From NCBI GenBank assembly GCA_963783885.1, contig CAWAPJ010000011.1, forward strand, positions 1 to 48,923: a DNA stretch of 48,923 nucleotides, given 5' to 3'. Of the stretch, positions 8,018 to 18,692 are shown in pieces (positions within the stretch are counted from its first letter, which is position 1; every line of letters starts with the position of its first letter). Under the pieces are notes generated by a model that worked only from the letters and a program-made list of their open reading frames with translations, had not been told where the DNA came from and searched no databases. The translations under genes were made by a program, and so were the position numbers. The DNA is from Waddliaceae bacterium. GTDB taxonomy: Bacteria > Chlamydiota > Chlamydiia > Chlamydiales > SLFE01.

Positions 8018-11000
8018 ATGTCTATTAGAGCCTCTAATCACGATTATTTAGTTGGGTTGTCAAGAAACGGTGTTGAGAGAAAAATTATCATCCATTCAGA
8101 AAATGAGCTCACTTTAGATCTTATTCAGAGATGTGCTCAATCAGTTCTGAATCAAGTAGATGAGAAAAATTTGACCGAAGTCGACTGGAAGAGCGTCCAA
8201 CAGGGCGAGGGCTTTTCTTCTCCAGATGTTAGCGTCATTTCTATGCGTGAAATCAAAGTGCAAAGAGCCGAGCGTGTGGAAAAGCGGGCTTATTTGACAC
8301 TTTGGGGAGGACTTCTGAAGAAATGGCCCACATTCGTTCCCGGAATCAATCTGGTTTGGGCTTTCGGCATTTGTCCTTTTATTGCCCTTCGTCAATGGCT
8401 TAGCGAAGACCGCAGAGTGGCTGAGGCAGGTTTGACGCGGTTTTATGACGACATCCATATCGATACGCCGGAAAAGTTTTTTGGGCATTTGGAGGCTTTC
8501 CAAAAAACCTTCTCCGATGGACTTGTTGTGGACGAGAATGATTTTTCAGATCAACTGAATCAAGGTCTTGAGTGGGGAAGGGCGCTGGAAAACGCACTCA
8601 CCAATAACGTCGAACTTCAGAAAACAATCACAAATATTCGCGTTGAAATTGATAAAAAATTGAATGACGCAAAAGATGGTCAGAATGTTTGCATGATTCC
8701 TCTTGGCCTCAGGGTGGAAGGGAAATACCAACCGCTTATGCTTTCGATCCAAAAAACTTCTGAAGGGTTCGATATCCGTTTCCATCAATGGGGGTCTCAA
8801 AAAGCGGAAAATCTCGCTGAAATTTATTCGATTGAAGGCCGTCCGGTTGACAAGCTGGAAGAGATCTTAAACGGACTTTTGCAGCCTGCGATTCAGAGTG
8901 ATAAAAGATCTTTTGAACTTTCCGCTAAAGAGAAGAGAAGATTGGAAATCATCGGCAGAGGCAGAGATGAAAAAGACATAGAGTTGGAGAGGCGCGAGAA
9001 GCAAGATCCCTATAAAGCCTTGCATGAGACCATCTTATTGATGGGTGGAAAGCAAAAAGAGCTTCCTCCTGACGAGATCGAAAAAAATCCCACGTCGATC
9101 TATTTGATGATGCAGCGGGATCTATTCTCATTTTTTCCCGAAGTCTCCATCCAGGATAAGACCGAATATCTGCTCTCTATGATTAGCGAGGAGGCAGAAC
9201 TTTTGCTCGAGGCTTCCCCTCAATTAAGCGGCGAGATAAAGGCAAGGCGCCTTAGCAATCTGATTATGCGGGTCGAAAAGTTTGAAAGAGAGTTCAAGCG
9301 GACATTAAAGCATAGCGGAGAAGTTGCCGATCTTCAAATATTTAAAGAGTTTTATGAAAAAATAGACCGCATCAAAGAGGAGTATGAAGCGCTAAGCAAA
9401 AAAATGCCTGTTGGACGGGAGCAGGCGCTCTCATCAGCACGGGGAAAGTCAAAACAGGTTTTCAGCGCGCAAATTGATGCCGGCCGCATTGTCAAACCGG
9501 GAGCCTCTCGAAAAGGGGAAAAAGTCAAAAGATTGGCGCAGATTAACGTCGATGGTATCGATTTCAATCGGCCAGAAGAATTGGCAGACAAACTGAAAGA
9601 GGTGCATGAGCAAATAGACAAGTTGATCGAGAAAGGGGAGTATCTTGCCGCCAAGCGCGCTGCTGAAAGCGCTCTTGGAAAACTTCCGGTCATTAAGCAG
9701 GGGGGCCTCAATGGCCACCCTAACCCCGATTTTCTGTCCGAGCAAATCGCAAATTTAACCAAAGATATCTGGGAGTCGGCTCTCAAGCTGAATATGACCT
9801 ATCCCGAGTCTAATCAGCTTGTCCAGATGATGAAAGCGCAAATCTATATTGTCGAGCTGCTTCGTGCAAAAAACGCGGTACCCAACAGTGATCTGGATAG
9901 ATTTCAGAAAGAATATACTTTGGACAAAGAAGAGATGAAATTTCTCATTGAACGCCATCCCCACTTGCGTTTCGGCTGGCTGCCCAAGCAGCGCGAAGAA
10001 CTTTCACAAATTATGGATTATCTTGATCAAGAGAAAAACAAAACTGTTTCGCGCCTCGACGTTAGCAGCTATTTAGGATATCAGTTTCCAATGGAAGCCT
10101 GCTCACGCGATAAAAAGCTGGAGGATAAGGAAAAGGTTGATCCCGGCTTGATTGATTTCAGGCGGGCTCAATTGATGATGACGTCGCTTGTCAAGCCTGA
10201 TTATTCTCTTATTCCTTTTATTCCTTACTCATACAGGGGAGCCATGAAAGCTTATACCACCTTTCTTAGAGAAGAGCGGAAGGCGAAAGAAGCGGGCATA
10301 ACTGATCGAAAGCAAATAAAGGCATTCATTAAAGCCAACAAACTGGCAGAGGTTCAAAAAAATTTGAAAGGCATGAGGCGGCTTGATATTGCTCCTGGCG
10401 AATTTGTCACTGAACGAATGTGCTTCAATATTGTCGATCCAACTGGAAAAAGCAGTTCAAAGATTGCTTATTTGCCAAATGGAATGGGATTTGAGTTGAA
10501 AGAACTTGAAGATCGATTTGGTTTTCTTGCCGATGAAAACAATTCTGAAGGCAGCGTTGGAAAGGTCATCGGCCTGGAAGGGTATATCGCCGAGACGGAT
10601 CAAAAAGTGCTTGATCGGCCTCAAAACATAACATCGACTGTCGGCGAGCATACTGCGCTGACCGAGCCGACAGCGCTGAGAAATGCTTTGCAAAAAGAGC
10701 CCGAAGGGCTGGTCAGCCAGACCGATAATTTTCTTCTCAATACAATGCAGATTGTCAACGATGATTCTAGTATCTACAGCGCTATCGAGACTCTCACGAC
10801 CTTCCTTCAGGAAAAACATCAGTGGGACAACCCCGAAGTGCAGCGGGCGATTCTTTTAGCCTTGACCCGGCATGGAGTACTCAGCAAAGAGCGTGGGGAC
10901 AATGGCGAATTTTTCCGTCAGTTTGCCTCTAAACTCAAGGAAATATTAAAAGAAAATGAAGGCAACCCTAAGGCTTATCCCTTTATCCTTTTAGTGGGAC

Positions 11001-14000
11001 ATATTTTTAATCGGGAAATGGACAATATCCTGTTTCCCGGTTTTGAAACTGATGTAAAAATCGGTGATACAACACAAAAAGGAGAGGATTGGATTCGAAA
11101 GTGGCTTAAAGATGAAGAAAAAAACGATATGATGAATGCCATGTGTCTTCTTTTTGCCCGCTTTGAGGACTGCGGGGATTTAGAGGATCTCGATATTTTT
11201 CAATCTTTGATTATTTTCTCACTAACTGAAAGCATTGTAGGCATCCCTCAGTTTAACGGGATTCTAAAAGAGTCCTATGAAAGAAACTTCCTCGAGCCGC
11301 TCAGACAAAAATTTTCTGACGATCCTGCATTTGTCAACAAATTTATGAATGACTACATGAAACGGATCGATCCGGTATTTACCCCGACTTCCTGGAAATA
11401 TAATTCCAAAAAAGGGCTAGTTGAGAGCCATGCGGCAACCTTAAATCTCAATTCACTGAGTTTTAAAGCAAAAGGGAAAAAGAGCGCCTCGGTTCAAGTC
11501 GAGCTGCCGCCGGCAGTCAGCAAATCGGATGAATATATCAAACTTTTCGGAGCCGAAACCCTCAGGGCTGAGATGGAAAGAGGCAAGACCCAAGACGACT
11601 ATCTTTATGCTTTTGATTACAACAACCAGAGCTATCAAATTACTTATGATCAGTCAACAGGAGAGGCTGCAATTTATCGCCAGATGGCAGCCAATCCCCA
11701 TAAGCCGGCAAAACAGCAGTGGTATCAGTATATTTCCCTTCCTAAATCCGGCAGCGGCGCTGCCTCGACTATCGAGAAAATGATGGAGGAATCAGGACTG
11801 TGGGTTAATGTATCCAACCCCAAAAAAGCCCTTTTGAAAACCCACCTTCCGAAACAGGAAACTGAAGAGAAAGATATGTACCTTGTTCGTTTGGACAAGG
11901 AAGGAAGGGTTGACAAGGTGTCCGATCCTGCAACCGGACATGTTGTTGTCCTTGATCCCGATGATACGCTGTCATCCTTAGTTCCTTTCGCTTCCAAAGA
12001 TCATCTTTTGTTCCTCGGTTCCGGCAAATCGATCAAAGAGGTGCGGCTCATCCATAATGGCAGCCGCCTGGTGAAAAAGGGGCGCGGCCGCTGGTTCTAT
12101 GTCGACGAAAAGCTGGGCAAAGGCTACAGATGGCTGACCGACAGATGCGACCGGGATATTCACAATATAGAATCAGATAATACGAGAAAAATTTATGAAG
12201 CTTTAGGTCCCGATGCCGGCAAATTTTTGCTTCCTTTAGTGGATGAGAAACAGTCCCATTTTCTAGTATTTCCTCATAGGATTGAAAAGTCCCGAGATCT
12301 TGAAGCGCCCTATCGCGTAGACACGGGAACGGGCCTAAGTGCTGTGAGTCAATATCCTTTAAAGTTGTCGATGGATCATGAAGGGAAACTGTCAGGGCCT
12401 CCTAGCGCTTTTCTCTATTTAGCTTACTTCTACAGCACTCAGAAAGACTTCCCGAGAGCTCTTCGCTATCTTAAAGACGCCGGTAAAGCGCACAGCGAAT
12501 CTCCTGAGGAAGAGAGGAAGGCTTTTGAATATATTGCCGAGCTGATTGACAACCATCCCAGCCAATCCATGAGAGCAATCGGATTTCAGCTCAAGGCTCA
12601 AGCGGCCATTGACGAAATTCGGGGCCGCATGTTTGGCGCCCGTTCTTATGAAATCGAGAGCCTGGACCTATACATGAACCACATTCTCCGCGTCTATTCT
12701 TTGCGTAAGCTCTATCTGGAAAAGATTGAGCGGCATGAGATCCAGGCAGAAGAGATCGAGAATGAGGGGTTGAATTTAACCGCAAGGGAAGAAAGCGTTA
12801 TCCAGAAGATGATTCAGACATCGATGGGACCTTTCAGCGATCTTTTTAAAGAACAACTATTTGCATCGGGGGCCATAACGCGTCCCGAGGGAGTAGAAAA
12901 ACTTCCTGAAATCGATCTTAAGGGAGTGGGCGAGTTGGACGAAAAAACTATGTTCAGCCTGCTCTTTTTGGCAAAAGACTTGAAAAAACAAAAGCCGCTG
13001 GATGAGCTTCTGCATGGCGGCAGGCCAACCGAAGAGATGATGATTCGTCATTTTTTCAAATTTTATTCTTGGATAGCGAATCCTAGGACTTCAAAGAAAG
13101 AGCAGCAGGCAATACTGAGATTTTTGCTGGAAGAGCCTGCATGGGACGCAAGCCGGACGTCAGATGCGGATGCAATAAAAAGAATGGAGCTTGCCGAAAA
13201 AGCGCGAAAACTCCTGATCGCTCTAACGGCAGTTAAATTGAAAACAGAATCTTCATTTGAGGAATTAGATCTCAATAAGCTCAACAAAAAGCGTGATTCC
13301 TTAAAGAAATTTTCCAAATTAATCGATATCACAAGCCATATCCGGATAGGGGAAATTAAAATAGGAGATCTCTTGTTTGTTTTTAAAAACAGGGATGAGG
13401 ATAAATGGGATGATTTAAAAGCGGATCTTGGGAAGGTGATTAACCCGATTGGTTATAACAATTATAATATCAACGAGTTAAGGGTGCTTGCCGGCATGCC
13501 TAAGCTGCAAGCCAGAAAACAGCAGGAAGACAAAATCAAATTACCTGGCGACTTCCGTCAGGTGACAACGCCGCGAGCCATTTATGATTATCTAAAAAAT
13601 GGCGACAGAAGCCAAATGCCTTTCCTCCCCATTGAAATCGACGCTTATATTGACCTCCTTGAAGAGGAGTTTGGGCTAGGAGGCATTAGTGTGGACAAGG
13701 ATGCCGACAAAGCGGTTCAATTGACCGAAATAGCCGAAAACAAAATGGGGGGAACGAGACTCATCGAGCTGCGCGCGGAAGCCGAGCATATGAAACAGAT
13801 TGTCAATCTGGAAGGGGAGCTTAACCAAAAAGCCGCTCCTCTCCCTCGCTTCGAGAAGTTGACTGAAGTCCAGGTCGCGCCGCTCCGTGATAAAATGGAG
13901 CAAGCACAAAAAGCTCTCAAAAACATTAATCAAAAAACCTTTACCCAAAAGAGCGAAGAAAAAAAACGGAATGATGATCTCAAGACGCTGATCGAAACAG

Positions 14001-17000
14001 CAAAAACAAGTTTTAACTCAGAAAATGTGGAAGATCCGATAGAAAAGGAGGAATACAATCAGCTTTGCAAAGGATTTGACAGCGCCGGAAGCATGATCGC
14101 CAAAGAAATCAAAAGCAAAACTCAATTCACCAAAGGAGAAGTAAAATCTCTCCGTTCCTTTGTCGCGAAAGAGCTGGATCCGACACGAGAAAATAGTATG
14201 AAATGGCTAAGGCAGCAGGAAAAAGAAAATTTACTGAAGTTTATCGAAGAAAATGAGGGACTTCCTCCCTCCCTTGTTCGGATAAAGAGCCGGCCGAAGC
14301 TTTATACCGATTATGACCTGATCAACGAAGCGATTCGTTTATACAAGGATGGCAGAGTGAATGAGGGATTTGATATCATAGTAACGAAATATCTTCTGTT
14401 CACAACAGCTGTTCAGCAGTTAGAAAATGCCAGCTCGCTGCTTCAGGGAAAGAAAGTCTCAAGAGAAAATGTTTCCAAGGCGCTTGGTATTGTCAACAAT
14501 GGCGTCAATCTTGGCCGCTACCTTGATGAGGACAACCAGAATCTTGTCCGAATGTGTTTGGCTGCCGAAGCTCGGGAAGGCATCATCTACCGTAAAAGGC
14601 AGCTTGATGTTATCAAAACTCTTGCTGATGACCCTTCTCAATGGTGTTCACTGAGAATGGGTATTGGAAAAACCTCTTATATTATGCCCACTGTTGCCGA
14701 TATTCTGTCCGGCCAGGGAAAACTGCCTGTCCTAACGGTCCCTGAGCAGTTGCTCCGCTCGAACCGAAGCGCCTTTGACCGCACAACAAGGGATTTATTC
14801 GATAGGGCCAGCCTGGAATTTACCGTCCCTATGCAGGAAAGCATTCCTATCAACCACCTTGCGGAACTCTATGAACAGCTTTTGCGTGCAAAACGGAAAA
14901 AGGGCTACCTCGTCACTTCTGTAGAAGAGCTTTGCAGTCTGGACAACACCATAGTCCAGCTCGAAGACCGGCAGCTTAAAATCCTGGAACAGTTGACAGT
15001 TAAAGAAGATGAAGATCTGGCAATGATGCTGGCGTTTAACGAAAAGAGGCTCCATTATCTGAAAAAGATCGCCCAGTTCATTCATGGAGAGAGTGAGGAA
15101 TTTGCTATTCCCGCGCAGTTTTTTGGCGATGAAGTGGATTATACCGGCAATATTACCCATGAGGTGAACCTGGCGGTTGGAGAGAAAGTCGATCCCGACG
15201 CGCGGATTCGAGAAGTTGTCCGCGGTCTTTTAGAATGTTTATTGGTTGAGAAAGAAGAAGGCTCCTTGCAACTGCAGATACTCCGGAATGCGCTTCTTAA
15301 TGATACCCAGACGGTCTTAAGTGAACAGGAAATCGAAAAAAGTCTTGAATCGTTTGCTGCTTCTCTACAAAGGGATCCTGTATTTCTGGAATTGTGCAAA
15401 GCCCCCGATTGGATCAAAGAGCTGAACCCGGAACTTTGGGTCGATTACATGACAGCTAAAGAAGGAAAGGAGCTTGGAGACTGGACAGGTGAAGAGTGGC
15501 AAAAAAGACTGGCGGCTGCCAGGCAGGTTATCAGCTCGACGTTAAAAGGGATGCTGACCCAGAAATCGGGAAATGACTACGGCCTTTCCGACTTCAATGG
15601 CTACATGGTCGTTCCGAAAATCTGTAAAAATGAGACAGAGGGTATGCGTTTTGGCGACGAATTCGATCTTGTTGCAGCTCAATATCTCGGCTATTTCGCT
15701 TTTCTTCCAGCAAAAAGCCTGACAGACCGCTCGGATACATTTATGCAAGGGGCTTTAAAGCAGCTGAAGGAAAAATATCCTAGCGAGTATCAAAAGCTCG
15801 ATAAGGATTACAAAGCAGCCGAAGCTATGAAAGACGATCGGCTTTTGACTCTCTATGAATATCTGCAGAGCCCCGAGGCGTGGCGCCATAGGTGGAATAT
15901 TTTAGACCATGTGGTTTTCGGCGGAGGGTATATCAAACGGTTTGATTCGCAGGTGAAGCGGAATGTCCAGGACATGATGTTTACCCATGAAGCAAAAAGT
16001 ATCGGCGGTGTCACTGGAACGCTCGATACCTATACTCTGCCCTTTATCGATACGGAAAAACAGTTTAGCGAGGATCGCTCCACAAGAGAAGTGGAAGCCG
16101 AAACTATACTGAGGCTGTGCCTGAACAATCCCGACGGGATAGCGGCCGGCCTTGGGTATTTTCAAGACGATGAGGCCCTTGCCTATGTGCGCGGGCTGCT
16201 TGCCGACAAAGAAACAACAGCGATTATTAATAACAGCGGAGCGACCAGCGAGGGATTGAACGCGATGACCTGGATCGCGAAACTAAGGAAAACCCCCGAA
16301 GGCAAGCACCGCTCCTATCTCTTTATGCATCCGGAAAAAAGAGTCGTTTACTATTGGGACAAGGAAGCAAAAGAACCTGTCCGCTACCAAGGGCAGCCTC
16401 TTGGCAAAGAGTGCATCTGCATGTACGCTCCCAGCGATACCCGAGGTGTCGACATGCCGATACAAAAAGGAAAAGTCCACCTTTTATTGGGACCTACAAC
16501 TACGACTCAGGACTTTATGCAGTCTGCATATCGCGCGCGAAAACTTGGCGGAGACCACCGGCTTCAAGTCAGTGTGTCCGAATCTTTTTATCAAAAAATC
16601 GGGGAAGATGAAACTCTGGCCGATGTCCTCAAGTACATTATAGGGCGCTCGACGAATGCCAAAAAAGAGCTCAATCTGAAAGCAGAGCTTCACAAAGTGC
16701 AAGGGCAGCTCAAAGACCTGGCCACTCGGTGGCTGAGAAGGGATAACACCGATATGTCCGATCCCGGGTTTTGGAAAGAAGGGTTTGAGGAGGATCTATT
16801 GGACCAGATGCTCATCAAAGGGCTCTATTTTAACGAGCTTAGGGATATGTTCATCATCAGCAAAAAGATTGACTACGAACTTTGCTTTGCACCGAAACAG
16901 ACCATTTCCGGAATAGAAAAAATTGAAGATGCCTACGATAATTTAAGAGAACGTATAGCCCAGCTGGCTATCAAAGTCGACAGAATTGAGAAGCTGCAAA

Positions 17001-18019
17001 GAATTCTTCCCTACAAACAGCTTGAGAAGGAGGATTTTGATGAAGTCCGAGACAAGGCGAAAGATATCGTGATGTCCATTTTCCAGGATCCCTCCCTGAG
17101 CGAAAAATATTCAGATAAATTGCAAAAAATCCTCCCTGAACTTCAAAGACTGGACCCCGAGAACCTCGATTTGGAGAGCCTAACAATGAAGGAATTGGAA
17201 ACTTTTGTTAAAGATGGAAAAGCGAATCCTGCAATCAATGCTCTTCTTCTTCTGGATGAATTTGTTGAGATTTTAAAAGATCGCGATGTCAATACTCCAG
17301 ACCTAAAAGTGTTGGAATTGAACCCGGTGGTTCTTAAAGGCAAAGAGAACCTGCATCGAGAACTGCGCTTATTAAGAAAACATCTAAAAGAGATGAAAAA
17401 AGAATTCACACAAAAAGCTAAAAAACATGAAAAGTATCTGCCGGAAAAAACAGCCAAGGCTGCCGCCGGAAATTCAGGTACGTTCGAGCAGGTAAGAGAG
17501 CTGCAGCAGGAAAAAGCTCAGGAGATTGAAGTGGAAGCGGAGGCGGCAGACGATTTCAACATAGCCAATGGAAAGAAAAGAAGCTACAAACCTATTAGGC
17601 AGGGCTTTGACCTCAAGCCTCCTTTTGAAGGCCTTTCCAGAAGTCCCGAAGCCAAAGCCCTTCTCGAGGTCTTCCCGAAACCAAACCAAGCCGGAATGCT
17701 TTTCTATCTGATGATTTCCGGCGACAAAGTGATGCTTATCACGAAGCAGGACTATCATCGCGAAATAAAATATAAGGCTAATAATGTACAGGTGTTCAGC
17801 ATGGATCCTTTCGGATTTACCTATGTCAACGGTTCGACAATCCCGCCTAAAGAAGCTTTGTTTCAAAAAATGGTTTTGGCAAAAATTTATCTCGGCGTTC
17901 ATGAATTGACACAAAAAGAGAAGGCCACCTTAGCTGACATGGATCTTTCCGGACTCGATGATTTTGCTACCCCGTCTCAGAGAAAACTTTTCAAGGAAGT
18001 AAAGGAACAATTCATTTAA
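8018..18019 (+). CDS. Giant 3333-aa protein with a C-terminal SF2/SecA-like P-loop NTPase region (DUF3638-like); candidate effector
   Basis: Uninterrupted 10-kb ORF. MGIGKT (14657), DEVD (15128), GVTGT (16007), TRGVD (16439) and QSAYRAR (16520) occur in SF2 motif order. Confidence 0.75.
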   Translation: MSIRASNHDYLVGLSRNGVERKIIIHSENELTLDLIQRCAQSVLNQVDEKNLTEVDWKSVQQGEGFSSPDVSVISMREIKVQRAERVEKRAYLTLWGGLLKKWPTFVPGINLVWAFGICPFIALRQWLSEDRRVAEAGLTRFYDDIHIDTPEKFFGHLEAFQKTFSDGLVVDENDFSDQLNQGLEWGRALENALTNNVELQKTITNIRVEIDKKLNDAKDGQNVCMIPLGLRVEGKYQPLMLSIQKTSEGFDIRFHQWGSQKAENLAEIYSIEGRPVDKLEEILNGLLQPAIQSDKRSFELSAKEKRRLEIIGRGRDEKDIELERREKQDPYKALHETILLMGGKQKELPPDEIEKNPTSIYLMMQRDLFSFFPEVSIQDKTEYLLSMISEEAELLLEASPQLSGEIKARRLSNLIMRVEKFEREFKRTLKHSGEVADLQIFKEFYEKIDRIKEEYEALSKKMPVGREQALSSARGKSKQVFSAQIDAGRIVKPGASRKGEKVKRLAQINVDGIDFNRPEELADKLKEVHEQIDKLIEKGEYLAAKRAAESALGKLPVIKQGGLNGHPNPDFLSEQIANLTKDIWESALKLNMTYPESNQLVQMMKAQIYIVELLRAKNAVPNSDLDRFQKEYTLDKEEMKFLIERHPHLRFGWLPKQREELSQIMDYLDQEKNKTVSRLDVSSYLGYQFPMEACSRDKKLEDKEKVDPGLIDFRRAQLMMTSLVKPDYSLIPFIPYSYRGAMKAYTTFLREERKAKEAGITDRKQIKAFIKANKLAEVQKNLKGMRRLDIAPGEFVTERMCFNIVDPTGKSSSKIAYLPNGMGFELKELEDRFGFLADENNSEGSVGKVIGLEGYIAETDQKVLDRPQNITSTVGEHTALTEPTALRNALQKEPEGLVSQTDNFLLNTMQIVNDDSSIYSAIETLTTFLQEKHQWDNPEVQRAILLALTRHGVLSKERGDNGEFFRQFASKLKEILKENEGNPKAYPFILLVGHIFNREMDNILFPGFETDVKIGDTTQKGEDWIRKWLKDEEKNDMMNAMCLLFARFEDCGDLEDLDIFQSLIIFSLTESIVGIPQFNGILKESYERNFLEPLRQKFSDDPAFVNKFMNDYMKRIDPVFTPTSWKYNSKKGLVESHAATLNLNSLSFKAKGKKSASVQVELPPAVSKSDEYIKLFGAETLRAEMERGKTQDDYLYAFDYNNQSYQITYDQSTGEAAIYRQMAANPHKPAKQQWYQYISLPKSGSGAASTIEKMMEESGLWVNVSNPKKALLKTHLPKQETEEKDMYLVRLDKEGRVDKVSDPATGHVVVLDPDDTLSSLVPFASKDHLLFLGSGKSIKEVRLIHNGSRLVKKGRGRWFYVDEKLGKGYRWLTDRCDRDIHNIESDNTRKIYEALGPDAGKFLLPLVDEKQSHFLVFPHRIEKSRDLEAPYRVDTGTGLSAVSQYPLKLSMDHEGKLSGPPSAFLYLAYFYSTQKDFPRALRYLKDAGKAHSESPEEERKAFEYIAELIDNHPSQSMRAIGFQLKAQAAIDEIRGRMFGARSYEIESLDLYMNHILRVYSLRKLYLEKIERHEIQAEEIENEGLNLTAREESVIQKMIQTSMGPFSDLFKEQLFASGAITRPEGVEKLPEIDLKGVGELDEKTMFSLLFLAKDLKKQKPLDELLHGGRPTEEMMIRHFFKFYSWIANPRTSKKEQQAILRFLLEEPAWDASRTSDADAIKRMELAEKARKLLIALTAVKLKTESSFEELDLNKLNKKRDSLKKFSKLIDITSHIRIGEIKIGDLLFVFKNRDEDKWDDLKADLGKVINPIGYNNYNINELRVLAGMPKLQARKQQEDKIKLPGDFRQVTTPRAIYDYLKNGDRSQMPFLPIEIDAYIDLLEEEFGLGGISVDKDADKAVQLTEIAENKMGGTRLIELRAEAEHMKQIVNLEGELNQKAAPLPRFEKLTEVQVAPLRDKMEQAQKALKNINQKTFTQKSEEKKRNDDLKTLIETAKTSFNSENVEDPIEKEEYNQLCKGFDSAGSMIAKEIKSKTQFTKGEVKSLRSFVAKELDPTRENSMKWLRQQEKENLLKFIEENEGLPPSLVRIKSRPKLYTDYDLINEAIRLYKDGRVNEGFDIIVTKYLLFTTAVQQLENASSLLQGKKVSRENVSKALGIVNNGVNLGRYLDEDNQNLVRMCLAAEAREGIIYRKRQLDVIKTLADDPSQWCSLRMGIGKTSYIMPTVADILSGQGKLPVLTVPEQLLRSNRSAFDRTTRDLFDRASLEFTVPMQESIPINHLAELYEQLLRAKRKKGYLVTSVEELCSLDNTIVQLEDRQLKILEQLTVKEDEDLAMMLAFNEKRLHYLKKIAQFIHGESEEFAIPAQFFGDEVDYTGNITHEVNLAVGEKVDPDARIREVVRGLLECLLVEKEEGSLQLQILRNALLNDTQTVLSEQEIEKSLESFAASLQRDPVFLELCKAPDWIKELNPELWVDYMTAKEGKELGDWTGEEWQKRLAAARQVISSTLKGMLTQKSGNDYGLSDFNGYMVVPKICKNETEGMRFGDEFDLVAAQYLGYFAFLPAKSLTDRSDTFMQGALKQLKEKYPSEYQKLDKDYKAAEAMKDDRLLTLYEYLQSPEAWRHRWNILDHVVFGGGYIKRFDSQVKRNVQDMMFTHEAKSIGGVTGTLDTYTLPFIDTEKQFSEDRSTREVEAETILRLCLNNPDGIAAGLGYFQDDEALAYVRGLLADKETTAIINNSGATSEGLNAMTWIAKLRKTPEGKHRSYLFMHPEKRVVYYWDKEAKEPVRYQGQPLGKECICMYAPSDTRGVDMPIQKGKVHLLLGPTTTTQDFMQSAYRARKLGGDHRLQVSVSESFYQKIGEDETLADVLKYIIGRSTNAKKELNLKAELHKVQGQLKDLATRWLRRDNTDMSDPGFWKEGFEEDLLDQMLIKGLYFNELRDMFIISKKIDYELCFAPKQTISGIEKIEDAYDNLRERIAQLAIKVDRIEKLQRILPYKQLEKEDFDEVRDKAKDIVMSIFQDPSLSEKYSDKLQKILPELQRLDPENLDLESLTMKELETFVKDGKANPAINALLLLDEFVEILKDRDVNTPDLKVLELNPVVLKGKENLHRELRLLRKHLKEMKKEFTQKAKKHEKYLPEKTAKAAAGNSGTFEQVRELQQEKAQEIEVEAEAADDFNIANGKKRSYKPIRQGFDLKPPFEGLSRSPEAKALLEVFPKPNQAGMLFYLMISGDKVMLITKQDYHREIKYKANNVQVFSMDPFGFTYVNGSTIPPKEALFQKMVLAKIYLGVHELTQKEKATLADMDLSGLDDFATPSQRKLFKEVKEQFI

Positions 18020-18611
18020 CTTCAAAAAATTTGTCCTTGGGGGCTCCGCATATTGGGCATTTTTCAGGCGGGGATCCCGGGACTGTATTGCCGCATACGC
18101 TGCAAACCCAGTAAGGCGTCTCTTTGGGTTTTTTCCCTTCTTGAAGGTCTTTTAGGTCTGCAAGGAACATCTCATGGTGCAGCCGTTCAACTTTGTAGGC
18201 CCATTCCATGCTCTGAGCGGCATCATCTCGTCCCGCTTTCCTCGCGATTTCGACAAATTTCGGATACATGACATTAAATTCATACTGCTCGCCTTCAACG
18301 GCGTTTTTCAGATTTTCCTTTGTCGAGTTCAGCATGCCTAAGACCTTCATATGGTTTCTGGCATGAATCCCTTCAGCGGCAGAGGCTGCCCGCCAAAGGC
18401 GCGCCACCTGAGGATATCCTTCTTTGTCTGCTATCTCAGCAAAAGACGCGTATTTCCGATTTGCTTCGCCTTCTCCCGAAAGGGCGTGTTCGAGATTGAC
18501 TGTGGTCTCTTCCTTATAGAGTTTTTTTTTGTCTGATTCTTTAGGTTCGTCGCCGCAGGCAGCAAATAAAACGGCAATGCAAATAAAAAGGGTGAAATTC
18601 TTGATTGTCAT
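18012..18611 (-). CDS. rbr: Rubrerythrin with an N-terminal lipoprotein signal peptide
   Basis: GEGEANRKY, EGIH, GEQYE..MYP, ERLH diiron motifs; C-terminal CSVC...CPIC rubredoxin-like site; N-terminus MTIKNFTLFICIAVLFAA-C; GGAG RBS. Confidence 0.9.
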   Translation of the reverse strand: MTIKNFTLFICIAVLFAACGDEPKESDKKKLYKEETTVNLEHALSGEGEANRKYASFAEIADKEGYPQVARLWRAASAAEGIHARNHMKVLGMLNSTKENLKNAVEGEQYEFNVMYPKFVEIARKAGRDDAAQSMEWAYKVERLHHEMFLADLKDLQEGKKPKETPYWVCSVCGNTVPGSPPEKCPICGAPKDKFFEVK

Positions 18612-18692
18612 AACGGCTCCATTTTATACATTTGCTATAACAAATGACAATAATGTGTGCAATTTGTAATTTAAATAAAAAGGGGAAAATTT

